Source: an uncultured Alphaproteobacteria bacterium (lineage in GTDB: Bacteria > Pseudomonadota > Alphaproteobacteria > Bin95). Taken from it: DNA of 64,000 nt. Shown in pieces: positions 29,199-38,292 of this stretch. The stretch lies in NCBI GenBank assembly GCA_937891825.1, contig CALAHN010000047.1:6055-70054 (forward strand). Direction: 5' to 3'. The translations under genes were made by a program, and so were the position numbers. Under the pieces are notes generated by a model that did no database searches, was not told the origin of the DNA, and saw nothing but the letters and a program-made list of their open reading frames with translations. The first letter of the stretch is position 1. Every line of letters begins with the position of its first letter.

Positions 29199-29726
29199 TC
29201 AGACGCGCTCGGCCCGCGCCGGCATCAGCAACCGGAACGGCCCAAGCATCGTGAACGCGATCGCCAGCTTCACCAGGAAATCGCCGACCAGCAAGGTCGT
29301 CCACGGCACATCCGTGCCATAGAACGCCAGGCTGAAAAACAGCGCCGTATCGACCGCCGACGCGACGGTCGAGGAGATCAGCGGCGCTGTCCACCAGGCC
29401 CGATTGCGGAACCGGTCGAAGATATGCACATCCAGCAACTGAGCCGCCAGGAACGCCGTCACCGAAGCCAGCGCGATGCGCGGACCGGCGAGCACGATCG
29501 ACACGACGGCCGCAGCCGCGAACCCGACATACACAACCTTGCGCGCCGCCTTCGGCCCGTCGCCGCGATTGATCAGGTCCGTGACGAGAAAGGTCATCGG
29601 ATAGGTCAGCGCGCCCCAGGTCAGCCAGTCATTGATCGGCTGCTGCACCAGGATATTCGACGCGACGATCAGGACGATCATCGCCCCGACCGCCAGATGG
29701 AACCGTTGCCGGGCGGTCGTCGCCAT
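29199..29726 (-). CDS. Queuosine-precursor transporter family (YhhQ/DUF165, VUT) membrane protein
   Basis: Multi-TM protein. LTWGALTYPMTFLVTDLINR...SSTVASAVDTALFFSLAFYG is typical of YhhQ. TGATG overlap with the RraA-like stop (the track start is a TTG one codon upstream). Confidence 0.7.
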   Translation of the reverse strand: MATTARQRFHLAVGAMIVLIVASNILVQQPINDWLTWGALTYPMTFLVTDLINRGDGPKAARKVVYVGFAAAAVVSIVLAGPRIALASVTAFLAAQLLDVHIFDRFRNRAWWTAPLISSTVASAVDTALFFSLAFYGTDVPWTTLLVGDFLVKLAIAFTMLGPFRLLMPARAERV

Positions 29727-30424
29727 CAATGAATGTCCTTAGGGCCGCTCAACGTCGCCTTCAGCTTCGCGAAGCTGAAGCTGTCGGATTTGCAGAGGTC
29801 GAGGATGATCTTCTCTTTCGCGCCGACCCGGCCGGCGGCCGCGACGACGTCATGGGCCAGGGCTTTCGGGATGACGACGGCGCCATGCTGGTCGGCATGG
29901 ATCAGGTCGTCATGCTCGACGACCATGCCGGCGACCGTCACCTGGGTTCCATAACCGATCATGTGGACATGGGCATGGCTCGGCTTGATCGAGCCGGCGA
30001 GAGCCTGAAAGCCTTCCGCCCAGTCGGGAATATCGCGGATGCAGCCGTCGGTCACGACGCCGAGCGAGCCAAGCGCCTTGTGGATGTTGGAATTCACCTC
30101 GCCCCAGAATGCGCCATAGCCGGCGTTCGGGCCGTCCAGGTCCTGCAGGACGGTGACGCGCGGCAGGTCGCCCTTCGACACATACTCGTAATAGGAGACC
30201 CGCATATCCGCGCCGATCGCCGCGTTCGGGCGCATCGCCCGGATCATGCCGGTGCGCGCCAGGCCGACGATCGGCTTCAGGTTCGGAAACGGGCAGACCA
30301 GCGGCGCCGTTGTGAAGCCGCGGTCGCGATACTTCTGGTCGATCTCTTCCAGGGCGTTGCAGACGGTCGGGGTATCGAGCGTGGCGAGCTCTTCGAAAAG
30401 CTTGACGGATAGCGGGGCGGTCAT
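29726..30424 (-). CDS. RraA-family protein (4-hydroxy-4-methyl-2-oxoglutarate aldolase/oxaloacetate decarboxylase-like)
   Basis: LDTPTVCNALEE...GAFWGEVNSNIHKALGSLGVVTDGCIRD...IHADQHGAVVIP. Confidence 0.8.
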   Translation of the reverse strand: MTAPLSVKLFEELATLDTPTVCNALEEIDQKYRDRGFTTAPLVCPFPNLKPIVGLARTGMIRAMRPNAAIGADMRVSYYEYVSKGDLPRVTVLQDLDGPNAGYGAFWGEVNSNIHKALGSLGVVTDGCIRDIPDWAEGFQALAGSIKPSHAHVHMIGYGTQVTVAGMVVEHDDLIHADQHGAVVIPKALAHDVVAAAGRVGAKEKIILDLCKSDSFSFAKLKATLSGPKDIH

Positions 30425-30479
30425 TGGGCGATTTCCTTCTTAGACAATATGCGCGCCCGTCATACGCCGCCCCGGCCGA

Positions 30480-31865
30480 TCAGACAAACGCCAAACGCGG
30501 AACCCGCCTGTCCGGAATGCCCAGATGAAACGCCGCCGCGACCAGGCCCATCACGCCGGCGGCAAGCCACATGCTGTCATAGCCGCCGGTCCAGTCGAAC
30601 ACGAGGCCGCCAAACCAGACGCCGAGGAACGCGCCCAACTGATGGCTCATGAAGACCGGGCCATAGATCGAGGAGAGATATCTGGCGCCCAGCATGTGGG
30701 TGACCAGGCCCGAGGTCAGCGGCGCGGTGCCGAGCCAGAAGAAACCCATGACGGCCGCGAAGATCAGCGTCGAGGTCACCGTGATCGGCATCGCCATGTA
30801 GGCAGCGATGGCGAGCGCGCGCACCAGATAGATCAGCGCCAGCAAACGCTTGCGGCTGTAGATCGCGCCCAGGCGCCCGAACCCGTAACAGCCGATGGCG
30901 TTGCAGATGCCGATGGCCGAGATCGCCCAACCAGCCGTCGCCGGCGGCAGGCCGCAGAGCGCCAGGAAGTTGGGCAGATGGTTGATGATGAACATCAACT
31001 GGAAGCCGCACACGAAGAAGCCCGCCGTCAACATCAGGTAGCCCGGATGCCTGAGCGCTTCCGCGAAAGCTGCGACGACGCCGATGGCGGGCTCATTGGC
31101 GGCGGTGCCGGCGCTGCCGCCGCGGCCGGCGAACGCGCTGGCGAGCAGCGCGATCGATCCGGCGGCGACGGCCAGGCCCCAGGCGACGCTCCGCCAGTCG
31201 AAGACGGCGAGCGCCTGCTGCACGCTCGGCACGACGACCGCCTGCCCCATGGCACCGGCGGCGGCGATCACGCCGAACATCGCCGAGCGGTCCTTCGGCG
31301 GCACGAGCCGCGCCACCGCGCCCGCCATCACCCCGAAGCTGGAGCACGCGAGGCCGAGGCCGATGGCGACGCCCGCCCCGAAAAACAGCATCGTCCCGCC
31401 TTCGGCTGACGCCATCAGCGCAAACCCGCCTGCGTAGGCGCAAGCGCCGAGCAGCAGCGCCGGCACAGGCCCGAGCCGGTCCGCGACCACGCCGGCGAAG
31501 GGCTGGAACACGCCCCAGAGGAACTGATGCGCCGCGACCGCAAACGAAAACACGCCGATTGAGATCGCCAGCGACATCGAAGTCGGCTGGGCGAACAAGC
31601 CCATGGTCGAGCGGAGCCCGGTCGAGAGCAGCATGATCAGGCAGGCTGCGATGATCGCCGTCCAGGCGGCGAGACCGAGGCCCCCGGCGATAGGCGGGGC
31701 GACGGCGGCCAGGTCCGGCGGCGGCGGCGTCGGCGACAGCCAGAGCGGCGGCCGCGCCGGGGTTCGCCAATGACCGGGGACGGGATCGCCCCAGTAGGAT
31801 GGCAGGACGCCGCGCGCAGCCAACCGGCCGGCGCCCTTGCCGCGAAACCGCTGATGTCGCGCCAT
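30480..31865 (-). CDS. MFS transporter
   Basis: About 12 predicted TM segments. ADRLGPVP loop motif. The long N-terminal extension makes the start uncertain, although ATG 31865 lies 7 nt after the dapB stop. Confidence 0.8.
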   Translation of the reverse strand: MARHQRFRGKGAGRLAARGVLPSYWGDPVPGHWRTPARPPLWLSPTPPPPDLAAVAPPIAGGLGLAAWTAIIAACLIMLLSTGLRSTMGLFAQPTSMSLAISIGVFSFAVAAHQFLWGVFQPFAGVVADRLGPVPALLLGACAYAGGFALMASAEGGTMLFFGAGVAIGLGLACSSFGVMAGAVARLVPPKDRSAMFGVIAAAGAMGQAVVVPSVQQALAVFDWRSVAWGLAVAAGSIALLASAFAGRGGSAGTAANEPAIGVVAAFAEALRHPGYLMLTAGFFVCGFQLMFIINHLPNFLALCGLPPATAGWAISAIGICNAIGCYGFGRLGAIYSRKRLLALIYLVRALAIAAYMAMPITVTSTLIFAAVMGFFWLGTAPLTSGLVTHMLGARYLSSIYGPVFMSHQLGAFLGVWFGGLVFDWTGGYDSMWLAAGVMGLVAAAFHLGIPDRRVPRLAFV

Positions 31866-31872
31866 GGCGCGC

Positions 31873-32670
31873 CTACAAGCCCAACACGTCGTTCATGGAA
31901 TAGAGGCCGGGCGGCTTGCCGCCGGTCCAGGCCGTCGCGCGGATCGCGCCGCGCACGAACAGGTTCCGGTCCGTGCAGCGGTGCGTCAGTTCCAGCCGCT
32001 CGCCGGCGCCGGCGAACATCACCGTATGTTCGCCGACCACATCCGCGCCCCGCAGCGCGGCGAAGCCGATGTCGCCGTCCCGGCGCGCCCCGGTTTCGCC
32101 GGCGCGCGCCCAGACCGCGACATCGTCCAGCTCGACGCCCCGGCCCTTCGCCGCCGCCTTGCCAAGCCCGACCGCCGTGCCGGAGGGCGCGTCGATCTTG
32201 TGCTTGTGGTGCATCTCCATGATTTCAATGTCGTAATCCGGCCCGAGAATGCTCGCGACCTTCTCTACCAGGTTCATGAACACGTTGACGACGACGCTCA
32301 TGTTCGGCGCATAGACGACCGCCACCTTGGCGGCGGCGGCCCGCAACGCTGCTTCCTGTTCGGCATCCAGCCCGGTGGTGCCGACGACGAAGGCCGCGCC
32401 ATGTTTCGCCGCGAGCGCGGCATGGTCGGCCGTCGCCTGGGGCACGGAGAATTCGATCACCGTATCGGCGGCCTCGAACACCGCCTCGGCGCTGTCGCCG
32501 ACGATCACGCCGATCGGCCCGACGCCCGCCAGATCGCCCGCGTCCCGCGCCAGCAACGGCGAGCCCGGAACCTCCGAAGCGGCGACGACGGCCATGCCGT
32601 CCGTCTCATGCGCCAGCTTCACGAGCAACCGCCCCATGCGCCCGCCAGCGCCAATCACGCCCACCTTCAT
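31873..32670 (-). CDS. dapB: 4-hydroxy-tetrahydrodipicolinate reductase
   Basis: MKVGVIGAGGRMGR...EIMEMHHKHKIDAPSGTA...GEHTVMFAG are the DapB signatures. Confidence 0.9.
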   Translation of the reverse strand: MKVGVIGAGGRMGRLLVKLAHETDGMAVVAASEVPGSPLLARDAGDLAGVGPIGVIVGDSAEAVFEAADTVIEFSVPQATADHAALAAKHGAAFVVGTTGLDAEQEAALRAAAAKVAVVYAPNMSVVVNVFMNLVEKVASILGPDYDIEIMEMHHKHKIDAPSGTAVGLGKAAAKGRGVELDDVAVWARAGETGARRDGDIGFAALRGADVVGEHTVMFAGAGERLELTHRCTDRNLFVRGAIRATAWTGGKPPGLYSMNDVLGL

Positions 32671-33014
32671 CGCCGATGTCCCTCGCTCAATTCGATGCGG
32701 GGCACGATAGACTATTCGGCAAAGCCGCGAAATCCGCATCGCCGAACCTTCGCGAGCCCGGGCCCCGCGGCCGGACGCGCCCGGACCGGATGTCGCGCGG
32801 AGGGAACCGCCCTGAGGCGAGCAATTCGTTCCATATCATGAAGCTACAGCTTCCGCCGCCCGTTCGCCTGAGCGCGCCATGCTTTTGACCAACCCGCTTT
32901 TTGGCGAAATCGCCGGAATGCGAGTACCTTGATCCCGATCGATCGGATTGAGCATGGAACGCGCGTCCGCCCGGATGCGCCCTGCCCAAAGCTGAAAGCG
33001 CGGGAGCAGGGTCC

Positions 33015-34661
33015 ATGGAAGCCTTTGGGCGATATTTGTTGCAGCGTCCAGCACCGGTCGCCGGCTTGATCGTGCTGGCGATCCTGCTTTTGCCGTTGTC
33101 GGTGTGGCTCGACCTCCGGAACCTCTCGGACCAGAACCTGACGACCCAGGCGTCGATCCTGAACCGGGTCATCACCGTGGTGCGCAGCTACTACGCCAAG
33201 AATGTCGTCGACCGGGTGGTGACCGCAAATGGCCAGGCCCACCCGCTCAGCGCCTATCTGGACGTGCCCGGCGGCATCCCGATCCCCGCGACGCTGTCGA
33301 TCGAGCTTGGGGAGGAGATCGGCCTCGCACAGGACGGCGTGGCCTATCGGTTCGTTTCCCCATACCCATTCCGAAGCCGCGCCCCCTATCGGTTGACGCC
33401 GTTCGAGCAGACGGCCTTCCGGCAATTCACCGCGACCGGCGGACGGAGCGGCCAGATGATCGAAACGGTCGGCAATTTGTGGGACCGGAACGTCACCCTG
33501 GCGGTCCCTGTCGTCATGGGCTCGGCCTGCGTCGCCTGCCACAACAGTCACCCCGATAGTCCCAAGCAGGATTGGCGCATCGGCGACGTGCGCGGCCTGC
33601 AAACGATCTCGATCCATCAACCAGTGGCTTTGGATATCTGGTCGTTCAAGTGGCTGCTGGGCTATCTGATCCTGGCGGGGACGATCGGGCTGCTGTTCGC
33701 CGTCGTTCAATTCCGCCTCGCTCGCGCCTATCAGGGCATGAATGCGGAACTGGAGCAGAACAATACCTTCCTCGCCGATATCTCCCTGAAGATTTCCCGA
33801 TATCTCTCGCCGGAGATTTATCGGTCGATCTTTTCCGGCGAGAAGGACGCCTCGATCTCGACCGAGCGGAAGAAGCTGACCGTCTTCTTCTCCGACATCA
33901 AGGATTTCACCGCGACGACCGAGCGGATGCAGCCGGAAGAGCTGACGGCCGTCCTGAATGAGTATTTCACCGAAATGTCGAACATCGCGGAACGTCACGG
34001 CGCGACCATCGACAAGTTCATTGGCGACGCCATTGTGGCTTTCTTCGGCGACCCCATCACCAAGGGCGCCGCGGAAGACGCGCGCAGTTGCGTGCAGATG
34101 GCGATCGATATGCAGAAGCGGCTGGCGGAGCTCAATCTGATGTGGCGTATGCGCGGCATCGAGCATCCGTTCCGGGCGCGCATGGGCATCAATACCGGCT
34201 ACTGCAATGTCGGCAATTTCGGCTCGAACGTGCGGATGGACTACACGATCATCGGCGCGGAAGCGAACCTGGCCGCCCGCCTTGAGGGCATCGCCAAGCC
34301 CGGCGGCATCGTGATGAGCTACGAGACCTGGGCGCATGCCCGAACCATCGTCGACGCGGTCCCGCTGGCGCCGACGCATTTCAAGGGCATCGCCCGCGAA
34401 GTGATCCCCTATGAGGCAGTCCTGCCGGACTGGGACGACGTCCAGGTGAATATCCTGCACGAAACCGCGCCCGGCCTCGAAGTCTTCATGAATCTCGACG
34501 CCCTGGACGACGACGCCCGCCTTGCCGCGCGGGCCATGCTGCGGCGGGCGCTGGCGGCTGTCGGCGGCGAAGACCTAGCCGACGCAACGGCGCCCGTCGC
34601 CGCGCAGCCGGGTTCTGCGGAACCGCCGCCCGCGCCGCGCGTTCTCCCGCCCAGACGTTAG
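33015..34661 (+). CDS. Membrane adenylate/guanylate cyclase (class III) with a periplasmic DUF3365/Tll0287-like CXXCH sensor domain
   Basis: TM1, a roughly 190-aa periplasmic domain containing SACVACHNSH (CXXCH), TM2, then the cyclase domain FFSDIKDFTATTE...GDAIVAFFG...MGINTGYCNVGNFGS...YTIIGAEANLAARLE. Confidence 0.85.
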   Translation: MEAFGRYLLQRPAPVAGLIVLAILLLPLSVWLDLRNLSDQNLTTQASILNRVITVVRSYYAKNVVDRVVTANGQAHPLSAYLDVPGGIPIPATLSIELGEEIGLAQDGVAYRFVSPYPFRSRAPYRLTPFEQTAFRQFTATGGRSGQMIETVGNLWDRNVTLAVPVVMGSACVACHNSHPDSPKQDWRIGDVRGLQTISIHQPVALDIWSFKWLLGYLILAGTIGLLFAVVQFRLARAYQGMNAELEQNNTFLADISLKISRYLSPEIYRSIFSGEKDASISTERKKLTVFFSDIKDFTATTERMQPEELTAVLNEYFTEMSNIAERHGATIDKFIGDAIVAFFGDPITKGAAEDARSCVQMAIDMQKRLAELNLMWRMRGIEHPFRARMGINTGYCNVGNFGSNVRMDYTIIGAEANLAARLEGIAKPGGIVMSYETWAHARTIVDAVPLAPTHFKGIAREVIPYEAVLPDWDDVQVNILHETAPGLEVFMNLDALDDDARLAARAMLRRALAAVGGEDLADATAPVAAQPGSAEPPPAPRVLPPRR

Positions 34662-34752
34662 ATCAACCCCGCTTTTTGCGGATGCGCCGGGATGCGGTCC
34701 GGTCGATCGCTTACTTGCATTGCAGGCATGGCGCGCCCGCATTGGGGCAGCG

Positions 34753-34805
34753 CCGCGCCGGATGGGGCGACCCGCGCCGGATGGGGCGATCCGCGCCGCG
34801 GATCG
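34753..34805. repeat. 19-bp tandem repeat, about 2.7 copies (CCGCGCCGGATGGGGCGAY)
   Basis: Copies at 34753-34771 and 34772-34790 (1 mismatch), plus a degenerate partial third copy. Confidence 0.6.
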
Positions 34806-34976
34806 TCCGGAAACGCTGCGGCGACCAGGAATATGGCCGATCTTCTCATCTACAATTGTATAAATTTCTAGCGACAACGCTTCATAATCGCGGCGTCAGG
34901 ACAGAGTTTCTCTGGATTTTTATTTTCTCTATTCTTATAAATTACAATATCCTGATCTATGTTAGTTTTACTGTTC

Positions 34977-35005
34977 TGTACATGTTGCGTCTTTTATGAT
35001 ATAAT
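34977..35005 (+). promoter_or_regulatory. Sigma-70-type promoter with an extended -10 (TGTACA-N17-TATAAT, TG at -15/-14)
   Basis: TGATATAAT at 34997-35005 and TGTACA at 34977-34982, inside a roughly 200-bp AT-rich tract, about 50 nt upstream of the 35055 ATG. Confidence 0.35.
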
Positions 35006-35054
35006 ATCTTCCGATGCGCGCAATAAAGCCCGCCTTTATACGGAGGATATTTTA

Positions 35055-35405
35055 ATGGCACTACCGAATTGGGTGCAACCCGTCGCCATTGGCATGGCCG
35101 CAGGCGCGGCCGTGGTCGCGATCGTTGGCTTCGGCTTTGCTGGCTGGATGACAGGCACGGCATCGGCGACAATGTCCAACAGCGCTTCCGAGACAGCTGT
35201 CGCGAGCGCCTTGACGCCTTATTGCGTCGAACGCTCCACGACCGATCCGGCCGGCCCCGAAGTCCTGGCGAAACTGAAGGAAGCCAGCGGCTATCAGAAG
35301 CGCGGCATCATCGAGGACGCGGGTTGGGCGACGCCGCTCGGCTCGGACAAGATCCATCGTCCCCTGGCGGAATCCTGCCAGGCGGCGCTTGAAAAAGCCA
35401 TGTAG
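35055..35405 (+). CDS. Small membrane-anchored hypothetical protein (116 aa)
   Basis: GGAGGA RBS at 35042-35047 and an ATG start. N-terminal TM helix (VAIGMAAGAAVVAIVGFGFAGWM). No family recognised. Confidence 0.5.
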   Translation: MALPNWVQPVAIGMAAGAAVVAIVGFGFAGWMTGTASATMSNSASETAVASALTPYCVERSTTDPAGPEVLAKLKEASGYQKRGIIEDAGWATPLGSDKIHRPLAESCQAALEKAM

Positions 35406-35417
35406 ACCCTTGATCGG

Positions 35418-35449
35418 CCCAACTTTCGGCGGCAGCGCCGGAAGTTGGG
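35418..35449 (+). terminator. 14-bp stem-loop immediately downstream of the small ORF (no U-tract)
   Basis: CCCAACTTTCGGCG-GCAG-CGCCGGAAGTTGGG, with one G-U pair. Confidence 0.35.
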
Positions 35450-35654
35450 CGGTCGGCGCGCCGGAAACGACGGTGCGACACTTTCCGCCCGCTGGCGGTT
35501 TTTCCCGAATCGCGCTGGCGACCGAGCCATCCGCCGTTTAGAATTGTTCCAATGCCGTGGGCTTCAGCGCCGTACCGGCAGAGGCAAGGCGCGCGGCTTT
35601 GGGGCCGGCTGGAACTGCGCGGCGGAACGCTCCGGCGACAGGATTGCCTGACCC

Positions 35655-36680
35655 ATGCCTGCCAGCGCCCGGACCGTCGCCCAGCTTTGGGCCGATATCC
35701 TCACCCTTTCCGCCCTGAAGCCGAATGAGCGCGTCATCGTGCTGAACCGCATGGGCGGCGCCGGCTGCTACCGGGATGTGGCGATCGAAGCCGCCCGGGC
35801 CGCCGGCGCCGACGCGATCTATCTGGAAGCGCCCAGCACGGACGCCCTGCCGGCGACGGCGCTCGCGGCCCTGGCGAAGGCCGACCTGGTCATCGACCTC
35901 GCCTTCGCCCACGATCCGGCGGTTCAGACACTCCTGGCCGGCGGCGCGCGCTTTCTGGTGGTGCTGGAGCCGCCGGAGATCCTGGCGCGCATGTTTCCGG
36001 CGCCGGACGACAAGCGCCGCGTCCAGGCGGCGACAACGGCGCTCGCCGCCGCGCCGACCTTCCGCGCCACGACGCCGGCGGGGACGGATTTCAGGGCGGC
36101 GCTCGGGCAATATCGTGTCATCGGCCAATATGGCTTCGCCGACGAGGCCGGGCACTGGGATCAATGGCCGGGCGCCTTCGCGCTCACCTATCCGAACGAA
36201 CGCTCCGCCGAAGGCCGGGTCGCGATCGCGCCGGGCGACATGATTTTCCCCTACAAGACCTATGTGCAGTCGCCGATCATGCTGGAGATCGAGGCTGGGT
36301 TCATCCGCGCCATCGAAGGCGGGACCGACGCCGCCTATATGCGCGACTACCTGGCCGCATATGACGATCCCGACGTCTATGCCGTCAGCCATATCGGCTG
36401 GGGCCTCGACCATCGGGCCGAGTGGAGCGCGCTTGGCCGCTATGACAAGGCCGTGATCGAAGGCCAGGACGGCCGCGCGTTCTATGGCAATTTCCTGTTC
36501 TCGACCGGCCCCAACGTCACCGGCGGCGGCGCTCGGACCGTGCCCTGCCATCTGGACATCCCGTTGCGCGGCGCATCTGTCTGGGCAGGCGACGTCCAGA
36601 TCGTCCGCGATGGCGCCGTGCTCCCCCAAGACCAACGGGTCGAGAGCGGCGCGGGCCATGCTGAGCGCGTCATGTTCTAA
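35655..36680 (+). CDS. nicX: 2,5-dihydroxypyridine 5,6-dioxygenase (NicX-like, aminopeptidase-T fold)
   Basis: EPPEILARMFPAPDDKRRV, HIGWGLDHRAEW, RAFYGNFLFSTGPN and VPCHLDIPLRG closely match my recollection of Pseudomonas putida NicX. Confidence 0.8.
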   Translation: MPASARTVAQLWADILTLSALKPNERVIVLNRMGGAGCYRDVAIEAARAAGADAIYLEAPSTDALPATALAALAKADLVIDLAFAHDPAVQTLLAGGARFLVVLEPPEILARMFPAPDDKRRVQAATTALAAAPTFRATTPAGTDFRAALGQYRVIGQYGFADEAGHWDQWPGAFALTYPNERSAEGRVAIAPGDMIFPYKTYVQSPIMLEIEAGFIRAIEGGTDAAYMRDYLAAYDDPDVYAVSHIGWGLDHRAEWSALGRYDKAVIEGQDGRAFYGNFLFSTGPNVTGGGARTVPCHLDIPLRGASVWAGDVQIVRDGAVLPQDQRVESGAGHAERVMF

Positions 36681-37345
36681 GGCGCGTTGTTTCGGTCCGC
36701 GATGGCGCTGAGGTCGGCGACTGCCTGTTCGACCCCGCGAACCTCGCCGATGCCGACCGCGATCATCTCCAGGGCCGGGTCGTGCAGATGCGGCAGGGTC
36801 GTGCCCGTCGCTTCGCGGACGACGATGGGCTTGTAATCCCGGTAATTCGCATCGACGGCGGTCGCCTTGACGCACTGGTTGGTCAACACGCCGGCGATCA
36901 GCACGGTGTCCGCGTTCAGGCCCCGGAGGATCACATCAAGATTGGTCGCGTAGAAACCGCTCAGGCGGTTCTTGTCGACGAACCAATCTTCCGGCCGCGC
37001 GTCGACTTCCTTTGATATCTCGTAGCCCCAGGTTCCCTGTCGCAAGCCGCCGTCCTTCAGGAACGGGCGGAGGCTGGCGAAAACCCCGGCGTCAGTACCG
37101 TCGCGAAAGCCGTGACGGGTCCAGATGACCGTCGCGCCAGCCGCGCGGGCAGCGCTGACCAGCGCATTCGTCGGCGCGATGGACTGGCGCATATGGGCGA
37201 TGTCGACGCCGGCTTGAGCATACCAGCCGTCCGGGCTCAAAAAATCGTTCTGCATGTCGATGACGACGAGCGCCGTTCGGCCCGGCGTCAAGCGCCATGA
37301 TGCAAGGGCGAACGGCTGGGCGCTGGATTGACGGTCGGATGTCAT
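36677..37345 (-). CDS. Isochorismatase-family cysteine hydrolase (maleamate amidohydrolase NicF-like)
   Basis: ALVVIDMQNDF...KNRLSGFYATNLDVILRGLNADTVLIAGVLTNQCV (catalytic Cys). Confidence 0.75.
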   Translation of the reverse strand: MTSDRQSSAQPFALASWRLTPGRTALVVIDMQNDFLSPDGWYAQAGVDIAHMRQSIAPTNALVSAARAAGATVIWTRHGFRDGTDAGVFASLRPFLKDGGLRQGTWGYEISKEVDARPEDWFVDKNRLSGFYATNLDVILRGLNADTVLIAGVLTNQCVKATAVDANYRDYKPIVVREATGTTLPHLHDPALEMIAVGIGEVRGVEQAVADLSAIADRNNAP

Positions 37346-37352
37346 GGCCAGG

Positions 37353-38084
37353 CTATGTCCCGATGCCGCGGGCTTTCGCCCAGTCCTTGACCCGCCCGAT
37401 GGTCGGGTTGTCCGGCCGCTCCCGGTAATAGGGGATCAGCGGATAGAGCTTGTCGAACAGCCGGCGGAGCTCCGCCGTCGGCTCCGGATCGTCGTCGACC
37501 CGGAGATTGACGATGGCGAACCCGGCGTTCTCATAGACCAGCAGCCCCGCCGACCGCTGGCCGTCCGGCTGACCGCCGGCGGCGGCGCCAGCTTCGATCG
37601 CCTGCATCAGTCGGGTTTCGATGTCCTCGGATTCGGCCGCGTCCATGGCCGCGCCCATGGCGTCGACGACCTCGGCGCTGACGATGGCGTTGCCCATGGC
37701 GATCCACCCGGCGCCCGTGCGATGGCCGGCCCAGGCGCTGTTGGCTGCGCCGGTCGCGACCGCCGTATGGCCCCAGCGGTCGATGATGGCGATCTGCCGG
37801 TGGCCGGCATAGGGGTCGCTTTCGGCCAGATCCTTCAGCACGCGCTCGGCTGGATAGCCCAGGTCCAGCAGCCGGATCGCGAGCGGCCCAAGCCGCGGGT
37901 CGGTATAGGCCTGGGTCGCGACGGCGCCGATATTGGCCGAAATGAAGGGCACCCGCCCGCCGACGCCCATTTCCCCGGTCGCGACGGCGATGCCGAAGCG
38001 GCCGGTGCGCGGGCAGCGGCCGACCGCCGTGAAGGTGTGGTGATAGTCGCCGAGCTGCAGATCCCTAGCTGAAAAATCGCGCAT
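37353..38084 (-). CDS. DUF1028 family (Ntn-hydrolase-like) protein
   Basis: TFTAVGRCPRTGRFGIAVATGEMGVGGRVPF...GAVATQAYTDP...GNAIVSAEVV. Confidence 0.65.
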   Translation of the reverse strand: MRDFSARDLQLGDYHHTFTAVGRCPRTGRFGIAVATGEMGVGGRVPFISANIGAVATQAYTDPRLGPLAIRLLDLGYPAERVLKDLAESDPYAGHRQIAIIDRWGHTAVATGAANSAWAGHRTGAGWIAMGNAIVSAEVVDAMGAAMDAAESEDIETRLMQAIEAGAAAGGQPDGQRSAGLLVYENAGFAIVNLRVDDDPEPTAELRRLFDKLYPLIPYYRERPDNPTIGRVKDWAKARGIGT

Positions 38085-38292
38085 GACGCTTGCATCTCCC
38101 GGGCGTGGATCGAGGGTCGATCAGGCGCCTTCGATCGTGGCGCCGCAGCATGCGCCTGACAAGCATCGAATGCGCGCTTCGAGCCATTTCGTCGCGCGAC
38201 GGGCGCGCGCCGCTTTGATATATTGTTGCTTGACGGTTCGGCGGCGCCGACCCGGCGCATTCTCGTTCGATTTTGAAGGAGCGCGTAGGTCC

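Noticed and set aside
35538-36875. 445-aa minus-strand ORF
   Set aside because: It is antisense to the NicX-like gene, whose translation matches the NicX family over its whole length.
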